Origin: an uncultured bacterium
Lineage (GTDB): Bacteria > Patescibacteriota > Saccharimonadia > Saccharimonadales > 2-12-FULL-41-12
Direction: 5' to 3'
DNA length: 64,000 nt
Assembly: GCA_963834265.1 (NCBI GenBank)
Contig: CAWIAU010000001.1
Location: forward strand, 263,572 to 327,571
Below are positions 1 through 9,655 of the stretch, in pieces. The translations under genes and the position numbers were made by a program. The notes below the pieces were generated by a model that was given only the letters and a program-made list of their open reading frames with translations, made no database searches and was not told where the DNA came from. Position 1 is the stretch's first letter. Every line of letters starts with the position of its first letter.

Positions 1-1
1 C

Positions 2-1279
2 GTTGAAGAAGCATCAGAAAACCTTATTAAGAAGTTTAAGTTGTCCGATATTCAGGCCAAAGCTATCCTGGCGATGCAGCTGCGGACCCTGACCGGATTA
101 CAGCGCCAGGAGATCGAAAAAGAGCTGGCCGAACTGCTTAAACTCATCGGGGAACTGGAGAGTATACTGGCTGACGAAAAGAAAATCCTGAAGATTATCA
201 AGACTGAACTACAGGAAATGAAAAAGCAGTTCGGTGATGAGCGACGAACAAAAGTCATACCCGGCGAATTAGGCAAAATGAGCGACGAAGATTTGATTCC
301 TGATGAACAAGTCGTTGTAACTCTGACATCAGCAAATTATATAAAACGCAGCCCGATAGGTGAATATCGCAAGCAAAATCGCGGCGGTAAAGGCAAGCGC
401 GGTATGGCTACACGCGAAGAAGATGTAATTGAGCATGTAGTCAACGCCAGCACCCATGACTTCTTACTATTCTTCACTAATAAAGGCCGCGTATTCCGGC
501 TCAAGACTTACGAAGTCCCGACAGTGGGTTTGAACGCTAAGGGTATAGCTATCGTTAATCTGTTACAGCTCCAACCGGAAGAGATGGTTAGTGCTGTTAT
601 AAACATCAGTAAGCAGGATGATGCAGCGAATCTGATCATGTGTACGGTCAGAGGTGTTGTCAAGAAAACTCCATTTGAACAGTATAAAAATGTGCGCAGC
701 TCGGGCCTGATTGCTATCAACCTGGATGATGGGGACGAACTCAAATGGATCCGAATGACAACCGGAGATAATGAAGTGGTTATCTCCACTGCCGGCGGTC
801 AGGCTATCCGGTTCCACGAAAAGGGAGCCAGACCAATGGGTCGGGTTTCCCGTGGAGTACGCGGTATTCGCCTGCGACCGAATGACCATGTGATAGGCAT
901 GGATATCGTAGAGGAAGGTTCCAGTATTTTTGTTATCAGCGAGTACGGTTATGGCAAACGCACCAAAATATCTCAGTTTACGGCTCATGCCCGTGGCGGT
1001 GTTGGTATACGATCTGCAGTTGTAAATTCCAAGACGGGCCCGCTTATTGGTGTGAAAGCACTATCCGGTGATGATACTCAGGAGATAATTCTTATTTCAG
1101 CTGTCGGTCAGACAATTCGTCTTGGCCTCAAGGATATACCCGGGTTAGGCAGAGCTACACAAGGCGTACGCATAATGCGCCTGAACGACAAAGACAAGGT
1201 TGTCTCGCTGGCTCTAGTCGATAAGGCCGAAGAAGAAGTGCCGGATGAAGAAGAACCAGCCGCAAAACCAGAAAAATAA
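2..1279 (+). CDS. gyrA: DNA gyrase subunit A, C-terminal part (5' end upstream of window)
   Basis: The frame is open from the window edge. Translation ..QAKAILAMQLRTLTGLQRQEIEKEL.. is followed by repeated GyrA C-terminal blade-like segments (GRVFRLKTYEVP, GVRGIRL, QGVRIMRL) and an acidic tail. Stop at 1277-1279. Confidence 0.95.
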   Translation, partial: VEEASENLIKKFKLSDIQAKAILAMQLRTLTGLQRQEIEKELAELLKLIGELESILADEKKILKIIKTELQEMKKQFGDERRTKVIPGELGKMSDEDLIPDEQVVVTLTSANYIKRSPIGEYRKQNRGGKGKRGMATREEDVIEHVVNASTHDFLLFFTNKGRVFRLKTYEVPTVGLNAKGIAIVNLLQLQPEEMVSAVINISKQDDAANLIMCTVRGVVKKTPFEQYKNVRSSGLIAINLDDGDELKWIRMTTGDNEVVISTAGGQAIRFHEKGARPMGRVSRGVRGIRLRPNDHVIGMDIVEEGSSIFVISEYGYGKRTKISQFTAHARGGVGIRSAVVNSKTGPLIGVKALSGDDTQEIILISAVGQTIRLGLKDIPGLGRATQGVRIMRLNDKDKVVSLALVDKAEEEVPDEEEPAAKPEK

Positions 1280-2066
1280 GTTCTGGGATGGAGCAAAATT
1301 TCCTATAGCGGTTGCCCATAGGGGTGGAGACGCCGCCGGTATTGAAAAAGAGAATAGTTTGATGGCATTTCAAGCCGCATATGACTTAGGCTACAGATGG
1401 TTTGAGACTGATGTAGTTCCGACCCGAGACGGCAAACTATTAGCTATCCATGGCCGTGGGTACCAAAGACACCCCAATAAAGATCTGCCATCGAGACTTA
1501 CTATCCAGAGCATGACATATGCCGAAGTTCTGGAAACTATTAATGTGGGGGGTGAGAAAATACTTACTCTTGATGAGCTGCTCGATACTTTTTCTGATGT
1601 TAAATTCTTTCTGGACCCTAAGACGCTCAAAGCTGCTCCCGCATTAGCCCGCAGCCTCATTGCGAGGCCTCAGGACCTGGGCAGAGTATGGATAGGTTCA
1701 TTCATCCCTTTTAACAATGCACGGGTCTACAGGGCAATTAGGCATGCTACAGGTCAAAAAGTGGGTCTTGCCATTCTTGGCCCTATGAAATCCATGCCTG
1801 TTAAGCTGGCGGCACTTTTTCCTGCTCTGACACCAGTAGCCCAAACATATGTGAGATGGACCAAAGCCGGATGCATCACGGTTCACCATAGCTGGATAAC
1901 TGGAGCCAATGGCCGGAAATTCGTACAATTATCCCATTCATTAGGTCTCAAAGCAGGGGTCTATACACCGAATAGCAAAGCAAGTATAGAGCAATCACTG
2001 GCCGCTGGTGCAGACGTTATAATGTCAGATAACGTGAAGCTCCTGGCTGCCCCCGTTAAACCGTAA
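1245..2066 (+). CDS. glycerophosphodiester phosphodiesterase (GDPD) family protein
   Basis: ATG at 1245. Motifs FPIAVAHRGG..ENSLMAFQAAYDLGYRWFETDVVPTRDGKLLAIHG match the GDPD catalytic core. The gene overlaps the gyrA end by 35 nt. Confidence 0.8.
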   Translation: MKKNQPQNQKNKFWDGAKFPIAVAHRGGDAAGIEKENSLMAFQAAYDLGYRWFETDVVPTRDGKLLAIHGRGYQRHPNKDLPSRLTIQSMTYAEVLETINVGGEKILTLDELLDTFSDVKFFLDPKTLKAAPALARSLIARPQDLGRVWIGSFIPFNNARVYRAIRHATGQKVGLAILGPMKSMPVKLAALFPALTPVAQTYVRWTKAGCITVHHSWITGANGRKFVQLSHSLGLKAGVYTPNSKASIEQSLAAGADVIMSDNVKLLAAPVKP

Positions 2067-2110
2067 CCGGAATGCTGTAAGTACTACTACAAATAATGCT
2101 AAATTACCCC

Positions 2111-2140
2111 TTGACCCGAGGGGGCAAAGTACGCTATGCT
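2111..2140 (+). promoter_or_regulatory. candidate sigma70-type promoter for 16S rRNA
   Basis: TTGACC (2111-2116), an 18-nt spacer, then TATGCT (2135-2140), about 145 nt upstream of the 16S 5' end. Confidence 0.5.
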
Positions 2141-2285
2141 AGTCCGAATGGCTTGACGTGGGTCTCTATGAGTCTCTCTGAAATAGTCCATTTTGTTCGT
2201 TAAAAATTTAGATAGTGCAAATCAACGTCAGTTTTTGAATTTGTTTTTTGAATGTCAGTTTACTGACGCTAAGAATTAAATTCTT

Positions 2286-3754
<1,469 letters not shown>

Positions 3755-3944
3755 CTAGGGAGAAAACTAGCACAAAATCGTAGCAATACATTTTGGAGCT
3801 AGGTCGGTCTTGGTACATCGTGAAATCAGTACTGACGATGTACATTTCCTTCATTATTGCTTGCGAGAATGAAGGACGAGATATCAGTTTCTGTAATATA
3901 GACTCGCACGTTTGATTTGCACTATCCAGATTTTTAACTAATAA

Positions 3945-3971
3945 GCGCCCCATGCGATAGGGTGCTTTTTT
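3945..3971 (+). terminator. rho-independent terminator downstream of 16S
   Basis: Stem GCGCCC (3945-3950) pairs with GGGTGC (3960-3965, one G-U pair) and is followed by T6 (3966-3971). It lies just after the 16S 3' processing-stem strand. Confidence 0.6.
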
Positions 3972-4015
3972 AGTACTCATGGTTAGCGGATAAAAATTTG
4001 CTATGCTGAGCCTAA

Positions 4016-4498
4016 ATGGCAGAGATAACACCCACTCCCCGAAAGCATAAATGGCATAATCTGGGAACTGATTTACTAAAAGTTACGGTAGCTGCCTTTT
4101 CAGATAGAATTGGTGATCAGCCGGGCGATTTATCTTTGGAGAGTTACGAAGCTAGCTTATTAAAGGCACTCCCAGATGCCGCACACCGGAGGCAGCAATT
4201 AATTGCGGGGCTTCAAGACCAGGCATTTGCCCAGCGGTTTCGTGCGCTTCCTTGGAGCAACCAAAATTTCATTGCTGCCCACTTGGCGCAAGCAGGCCCA
4301 ATGAGGGTAGGCCATTTAGCAATCAGGTTAGCGCAATTAGCGGGCGGCGAAACAGAGCACCTTAATGATGCGCATGTAGTTATAAATTTCTACGACACTA
4401 TCCACCGTGCCGATGTCATACCTGCTTTGCAAACCCTCAGTACATTAGTTGTTGCCAACAGTATGGATTTGCCGTCTCGGCATCCTGCTAATTCTTAA
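4016..4498 (+). CDS. hypothetical protein (160 aa)
   Basis: ATG ORF with no competing frame and no family I recognise. An extended -10 (TGcTATGCT, 3999-4007) sits 8 nt upstream of the ATG, suggesting a leaderless transcript. Confidence 0.45.
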   Translation: MAEITPTPRKHKWHNLGTDLLKVTVAAFSDRIGDQPGDLSLESYEASLLKALPDAAHRRQQLIAGLQDQAFAQRFRALPWSNQNFIAAHLAQAGPMRVGHLAIRLAQLAGGETEHLNDAHVVINFYDTIHRADVIPALQTLSTLVVANSMDLPSRHPANS

Positions 4499-4642
4499 GA
4501 AGTTAGCTTGATTTGGCGCTGGCTAGAATTTTAACAAGAAAAGTTCTCTCATGCAGGATGTTTTTAAAATTTATAACGGATCCAAAACTGAAATTATGTT
4601 TCTATACGTGCTACCCTGAACATACGCTCAGCATTTCGAAGA

Positions 4643-4837
4643 TTACAGTGGGCAACTAAATAGATACCTACCTTTATCTTTTATTAATCGTTTACGGTGA
4701 TATTGTGCGAAAGTAACTTCACCCTTAAAGTCCTTGTACTTGATGGGTATTTGACCATTTCTTTTTAAGGCGCTAGATATAAGGCTAATTTTACGCGATA
4801 ATGTACAATCTTTACCATAAATTATCATTTGCATCAA
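4643..4837 (-). pseudogene. degenerate duplicate of the HNH-nuclease C-terminal module
   Basis: Translation ..GKDCTLSRKISLISSALKRNGQIPIKYKDFKGEVTF..RLIKDKGRYLF is about 85% identical to residues ~118-160 of the upstream HNH protein. It lacks the HNH core. Confidence 0.6.
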
Positions 4838-5103
4838 AGTTTCTACTAAAAATTTTTAGATAATTTTATTCTCATTTGCAATAACTTCTCGCAAAAACAG
4901 TTTATCTTTTATTAATCGTTTCGGTGATATTGTGCGGAAAGTAACTTTACCCTTAAAGTCCTTGTACTTGATGGGTATTTGACCATTTCTTTTTAAGGCG
5001 CTAGATATAAGGCTAACTTTACGCGATAGTGTGGGATCCTTGCCATAATTATCATTGGCATCAAAGTCTCTACTGAAAATTTTTAGATGATCTTTATTCT
5101 CAT
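4648..5103 (-). repeat. tandem duplication, 2 x 228 bp (~90% identity)
   Basis: Segment 4676-4875 aligns with 4904-5103 at an offset of 228 bp. The unit covers the 3' third of the HNH gene. Confidence 0.8.
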
Positions 5104-5368
5104 GGCAGTTCTTGCAAAGAGTCGTTAAGTTGGCAAATGTATTACTGCCACCCAAACTCAAAGGTGTCTTATGGTCTACGGTAAGCTCATAATTTTTACC
5201 GCAACTTGTGCATCTATGTCCATCACGTTCCAACACCTTTTGACGAATAGTATCCCAGTAGCCACCTTTCGTAAGTCCTTTACCCTCTACGGGTTGCGTC
5301 CAAATATTAGACGAACTTTTTTCTGAAGCTATAAGGGTCTGCTTTTTTACTGCTGGCTTTGTGGCCAT
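4856..5368 (-). CDS. HNH endonuclease
   Basis: RDGHRCTSCGKNYELTVDHKTPLSLGGSNTFANLTTLCKNCHENK matches the HNH (His-Asn-His) signature with Cys pairs. A basic C-terminal module (IPIKYKDFKGKVTFRTISPKRL) is probably DNA-binding. Confidence 0.85.
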   Translation of the reverse strand: MATKPAVKKQTLIASEKSSSNIWTQPVEGKGLTKGGYWDTIRQKVLERDGHRCTSCGKNYELTVDHKTPLSLGGSNTFANLTTLCKNCHENKDHLKIFSRDFDANDNYGKDPTLSRKVSLISSALKRNGQIPIKYKDFKGKVTFRTISPKRLIKDKLFLREVIANENKII

Positions 5369-5448
5369 TCTAAATTAGTTGCTTTACCACCGTATAGCTC
5401 TTTATTGTCAGCTTCTTCCAGTCGTATGACAGTATCCATTTGTGGTTA

Positions 5449-5939
5449 TTATAGCTGAACCACGGGCTTTTGATAGAGAGCGGAGGTTGGTAAGTATTGT
5501 GTGAATTCTTTTGTGGCGATTTGTTTGAAGCCTTGGCTTGCGTAGTAGGTGCAAAGACTTATATTCTTCACATTGCAGTCTAGCCGCAGGTATTTTCGCT
5601 TCTTGCTTGTAACCTGCTCGGCTGTCCACTCGATGATTTGTTTGCTAAGTTGCTGGCCATGGTAACCGTCAGCGATGGCGAGACGGTGAATGTATCCGGC
5701 ATTATTTTCCTGATCATCCTCCCATGCATCCTCGTTCCACTCTAACGCTACTGTTCCTGCAAGATTATTTGTACGATAAGTACGCGCAAAAATGTGCTGC
5801 TGACAATCAAACGTATAATTCCATCGTTGCTAGAGCCATTTTTCCACAATCATCGTATTTATGATTGTATTTTGCACTTGTTACGAAAAGCTAATATAGT
5901 TTTTATATCATGAATACTCGCAGGTAGAACATTAATCAT
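5449..5939 (-). pseudogene. GNAT N-acetyltransferase, disrupted
   Basis: The N-terminus MINVLPASIHDIKTILAF.. starts at ATG 5939 and hits a stop at 5859-5861. A second in-frame stop lies at 5830-5832. The downstream frame reads ..AGYIHRLAIADGYHGQQLSKQIIEW..LRLDCNVKNISLCTYYASQGFK.. (GNAT acetyl-CoA motif) to the stop at 5449-5451. Confidence 0.7.
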
Positions 5940-6360
5940 ACTTTTAGTATACAAAAATAGCTGGTGAATATGCTTCTGCACGATGTAGACAGTTGGCTGG
6001 AGCTTAACAGCAGAATAGAGAGCCTCCGTGACCCGCAAGGACAATTCGATCTTTTTGCTCCCGTATTTTTGTAGTGTATTTGTCGTAGCAGGTAGCAAGG
6101 AGCATCCAGATGTCGGAATCGCTTCGCTTTCTTCCGGATAATCTGTAGATGTAGCGGCGACTGTGCCGTAACAATTTTGTCAACTTCGGAAAGCATTCTA
6201 TAATGTATTGTTCGGCCAGTGCTTCAGTTATCATTTCTTCTGTTTCGCCACCGTGAGTTCGCTCTAATTCAAGTTCTTCAGCCTCTGTTAAGCGCTCGTT
6301 GGAAAGCTTAAGTTGATAACATCTTTCCGTGACTTAAGACCCTGCCGTATTATGCTAATG

Positions 6361-6748
6361 TTAGTCGGCACATCCTTGACCGCCTTGGTTCGTTACAAAA
6401 GCAAAGTCAAAGTGATTGTCTTCGAATGGAATGTTTAGGATTGTACCTTGCTGGTTGTGAAGCGATTTCCAGCCCCAGCCTGCCTGTTTTCTTCCTGACC
6501 CATCTCTACCAGAAATTCAAGAAGCTCGACCCCTTCAATGCGGCAGCCAGTGCGAGCTAAAAGTTTACGACTTAAACCACCATTGGCGCAGCCAATGTCT
6601 AGTACCGTCAATGTTTGCTAACACCGTGTTTTGCAGCGAGGTTTAATATTGTATCCCTGGGCGGGGGATTACAGCTGATATCTCCTTCGTCGTAAAGATC
6701 CCCAACTCCTTTGGAGTATACGTCTTTTGCTTCAATTTTATTTGTCAT
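6361..6748 (-). pseudogene. class I SAM-dependent methyltransferase, frameshifted and truncated
   Basis: ATG at 6748 gives MTNKIEAKDVY..AAKHGVSKH*. Motif I VLDIGCANGG lies in another frame. ILNIPFEDNHFDFAFV (post-II/III region) lies in a third frame. That implies at least 2 frameshifts. Confidence 0.7.
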
Positions 6749-6943
6749 AGCTAATTCAGCCTTTCTGAATAATTAAAAAAGTGTTTTCAATGAATTAGCT
6801 CTGAATCATGATGAGTATATTGTAACAGGGGACGATTAGAGAGTAAAAGTACATCTCTGCAATCATTTTCGGATGTTGACGTAATTCAGTAACTCTAAGC
6901 ATAATGAGTGCGGATGAAACAAGAATATTGATTTGAAGCTAAC

Positions 6944-7200
6944 GTGGAGCTTTTCACGCAGGATGACGGCTGGCACTACGCTAAAGTTGCAGCCAAACTC
7001 AGTAAACCCTGGAAATTCTGGCAGACCGTGGGTTGATTGCTGTTCAGGCTACCGTTGGCATGTCATCGTGGCTAACATCACTTTTGCCATACGGCGACGG
7101 TTCGCACTTTATTGCCCTGCCTGCCAAAGTACGTAAAAAAGAGAGTATCGGGTTAGGGGATATGATGAAGATCAGCTTTGAACTTCGCGAACGTAAATAA
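6944..7200 (+). pseudogene. DUF1905-like small protein, frameshifted
   Basis: One frame reads VELFTQDDGWHYAKVAAKLSKPWKFWQTVG*. Around 7025-7035 the reading shifts to ..VQATVGMSSWLTSLLPYGDGSHFIALPAKVRKKESIGLGDMMKISFELRERK*. The family assignment is from memory of the DUF1905 pattern. Confidence 0.5.
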
Positions 7201-7342
7201 GCAGGAATTAGGCGAAGAGGGACAAACTCAGTATGTTAAATGCTGATTCTTTAATTTGATAATTAAAGTATGAATGGAGTTTGTAGCTAAGAATTAAGAA
7301 ACACAAGAAAACGGATTTCAATGTTTATATTTAAATAACTTA

Positions 7343-7371
7343 TTGACAATTTATCCATTAATATATATAGT
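7343..7371 (+). promoter_or_regulatory. near-consensus sigma70 promoter
   Basis: TTGACA (7343-7348), a 17-nt spacer, then TATAGT (7366-7371). Confidence 0.55.
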
Positions 7372-7407
7372 TTGAATGTTATTTTAAGTATATTTTTGGA
7401 GATAGAA

Positions 7408-7872
7408 ATGGCTTTTAAAAGAGCAGATGCCGAAAGAAGAGGACTAGAAAAAGGTACAGTAGTTTACTTTATTGATGGAGAAAATGATTATATAGATTCC
7501 GATTCAGATCGGAAAGTTGTCAAAAAAGGAGTTTTGACCGAAGATCCATCCAGAAAACATTTTCCCTCGGTGATAATTCAAAAGTCACCCGAACAAGGAA
7601 TCAACGAAACTGGATTAGGAGTATCAAAATCTCACGATGAAATATTTACTGGTCATGAAATTATATCAGCTTTGAACCGCTATGGCAGACTACCAGTCAA
7701 CGGCGAACTACCCGATAATGCGGTAGGTGAAATAGACAATATCATTACCAACCCGCTAGGTAATTACATGTTAGTAATGGTTTTGGGCAGCATGGCGGCG
7801 ATAAGTCATCAAAGTGAGCATATCGGAATAGATGGGTTCGCCGAAACAGGTATGCCTAAGCTACCTAGCTAA
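7408..7872 (+). CDS. hypothetical protein (154 aa)
   Basis: ATG at 7408 is preceded by GGAGAT, 30 nt downstream of the promoter. The longer TTG-start ORF from 7372 would begin within or upstream of the predicted transcription start. AT-rich and no recognisable family. Confidence 0.5.
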   Translation: MAFKRADAERRGLEKGTVVYFIDGENDYIDSDSDRKVVKKGVLTEDPSRKHFPSVIIQKSPEQGINETGLGVSKSHDEIFTGHEIISALNRYGRLPVNGELPDNAVGEIDNIITNPLGNYMLVMVLGSMAAISHQSEHIGIDGFAETGMPKLPS

Positions 7873-7883
7873 TATTTTTGATT

Positions 7884-8009
7884 TGGTGGGCGATGAGGGA
7901 CTCGGTCACGTTCCGCGACCCCGAAACTTGCGTCTTTGAAAACTAGTTTCCAAGAGAATATTTCCTTGCGAAATGCCACTGGCATTTCTCACCTCCGGCC
8001 TCGTCATTA
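7884..8009 (-). pseudogene. 3' portion of a disrupted tRNA-Ile paralog (with an 86-nt insert in the T-loop)
   Basis: 7884-7904 is identical (21/21) to the 3' end of the intact tRNA-Ile (8057-8077). 7991-8009 matches the anticodon 3' stem, variable region and T stem at 18/19. The two pieces are separated by 7905-7990. Confidence 0.7.
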
Positions 8010-8056
8010 GCTCCGGATAAAGTACCGGATATATTTAACAATCAATGAATCTCAAC

Positions 8057-8133
8057 TGGTGGGCGATGAGGGACTCGAACCTCCGACCTCGTCATTATCA
8101 GTGACGCGCTCTAACCAGCTGAGCTAATCGCCC
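8057..8133 (-). tRNA. tRNA-Ile (anticodon GAU), CCA encoded
   Basis: Hand-folded cloverleaf: acceptor GGGCGAT/ATCGCCC, D arm GCTC-AGCTGGTTA-GAGC, anticodon arm CGTCA-CTGATAA-TGACG, T arm GGAGG-TTCGAGT-CCCTC, then ACCA. Confidence 0.93.
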
Positions 8134-8173
8134 ACAGTTGAGAGATATTGATTCTACATTGTTAAATAGCATC

Positions 8174-8204
8174 GACGCGCTCTAACCATCTGAGCTAATC
8201 GCCC
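8174..8204 (-). pseudogene. 5' portion (positions ~1-31) of the disrupted tRNA-Ile paralog
   Basis: The tRNA-matching part of this fragment has a single mismatch to its counterpart in the intact tRNA-Ile (8103-8133). With 2 nt of flank, 8174-8206 vs 8103-8135 is 32/33. Similarity ends at the anticodon stem. Confidence 0.7.
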
Positions 8205-8496
8205 ACGTTTTTGTGAAGTAATGTGGTGGAGACGCCAGCCTTGCGGCTAGCATCCCCATAAATTAATAGTGAGCGGCGGGACAGCTGACTTCGTCCTTTT
8301 CCACTGCAGCCATGCATCACTACGTTCTTCCCTGTGATGCTCGATAAAATTGAGTAAACTCCATTTTATCTGCGCTTCTCGTTCACCGGAGCGAGCTCCT
8401 GTGCGTGGCTTTGCTTCACCGAACCCCGTCCTTCGGACATTCGGGGTTCTCGTAACACTTAACCAAATTCTTTATGCCTGGGAGGCATATATAATT

Positions 8497-8573
8497 TGGT
8501 GGAGCGACGGGGACTCGAACCCCGGACCCCCTGCTTGCAAAGCAGGTGCTCTAGCCAACTGAGCTATCGCCCC
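8497..8573 (-). tRNA. tRNA-Ala (anticodon UGC), CCA encoded
   Basis: Cloverleaf: GGGGCGA/TCGCTCC with the G3-U70 identity pair, anticodon arm CCTGC-TTTGCAA-GCAGG, T arm CGGGG-TTCGAGT-CCCCG. Confidence 0.95.
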
Positions 8574-8774
8574 TCGTACCAAATATAGCTGTAATTGGGG
8601 TCTTAAGCCCAAAGTTACCTCAGTAATTCTACAGAAAAACCTCTGATACCACAAGGTAAGTCAATGGGAAGGTGGTCCAGGTGTTAAATTATATGCGCAG
8701 TATAACTAATTTATGCTTACCAGCCTAAATTGTAACAGCTACCAAACTGTAGTAATTTTGGCATCACAAAATGC

Positions 8775-8803
8775 TTGACCGCCCCTGTTATTCTTGCTAA
8801 GCT
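8775..8803 (+). promoter_or_regulatory. candidate promoter for the 23S-5S unit
   Basis: TTGACC (8775-8780), a 17-nt spacer, then TAAGCT (8798-8803) with a TGc extension. It shares the cTTGACC -35 with the 16S promoter. Confidence 0.45.
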
Positions 8804-9102
8804 ATAGGTTACCTTGAGTTTAGGCCCGAGATTTAGTTTCTAGACCTCCAGCGTAAACTTCAGGTTCAAGCAGTTAAGGGTGAGATTATTACCTTGTGCT
8901 CATAAGAATCCGGAGTTTTGTAACTTAAAAATTTGGCTGACATTAGTTTTAAGAGTTTACTAGAGCAGTAAACTCGAAATATAAACGGCATTGTTATTGG
9001 TTATTACCAATAACTAGTCAAATGCATAATGTAATGAGTCGCCGAAGGCAATCATCAAATCAAAGCGTTTTCGAATTTACTTCGAAAAAAGCTTTTCTTC
9101 TT

Positions 9103-9160
9103 AGGAAAAAGAGCAGCGCAGCGATGAGAAAAAACCTGAGGTTTTGTCTCATTATGTTCG
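9103..9160 (+). repeat. structured motif copy A (immediately upstream of the 23S 5' end)
   Basis: AGGAAAAAGAGCAGC-GCAGCGATGAGAAAAAACCTGAGGTTTTGTCTCATTATGTTCG. Homologous to copies B and C. Confidence 0.7.
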
Positions 9161-9439
9161 TAAAAAGTTAATTAAGCGCACAAAATGGATGCCTTGACGT
9201 AAGATACCGATGAAGGACGTAGAAGGCTGCGAAAAGCTTCGGGGAGCTGCCAATCAAGCTTTGAACCGAAGATATCCGAATGGGGAAACCCGGGTAGAGT
9301 AATGTCTATTCACCCGTAATTGAATTCATAGATTACGTGGCGGTAACCGTGGGAACTGAAACATCTTAGTACCACGAGGAAGAGAAAGTAAACAACGATT
9401 CCGGAAGTAGTGGCGAGCGAAACCGGAATAGCCCAAACC

Positions 9440-9655
9440 TTTTATTACTTTCGCACTCTTCACTCCGTGATTAAGCAATGAGAATTGCTGGTCCGTAGTG
9501 ATGAGTGTGAATAAGCTGGTAGGCGAATGTATAAGAGGGGTTGTGACATCACAAAAACCTTTTGTGGAAGTCCGGATTTATCCGGGTTTCTGCATAAGGG
9601 AGCAGGATCTACCATGTCCTGCATAAGGTTACAAATTGCTGAGCAAGTAGAACAG
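9440..9655 (+). other. 23S domain I expansion (~170 nt more than E. coli)
   Basis: About 215 nt lie between conserved GCGAAaccGGaatAGCCCA and GGAAAGacagGcc. My recalled E. coli alignment has about 45 nt there. Confidence 0.55.

Noticed and set aside
8224-8470. A minus-strand segment ending in ..GGCGTCTCCACCA (tRNA/tmRNA-like 3' end) with GNRA/UUCG-type hairpins, considered as tmRNA, an intron-containing tRNA or a tRNA-Ala fragment
   Set aside because: Only about 8 nt match the tRNA-Ala 3' end. There is no T-arm (GGTTCGA) and no matching 5' acceptor strand (GGGGACG/GGAGACG) nearby. No plausible tag reading frame ends in a hydrophobic ..AA. The region may still be structured, but I cannot support a call.
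9103-9117. Similarity of the repeated motif to the SRP RNA helix 8 (CAGG..GGAAGCAGCC), the RNase P P4 strand (GAGGAAAG..), or (as reverse complement GCTGCTCTTT) the rrn boxA antiterminator
   Set aside because: Three copies with a different downstream architecture do not fit single-copy SRP or RNase P genes. Other universal motifs of those RNAs are absent. The boxA-like string is on the non-transcribed strand for the two copies inside the rRNA transcription unit.
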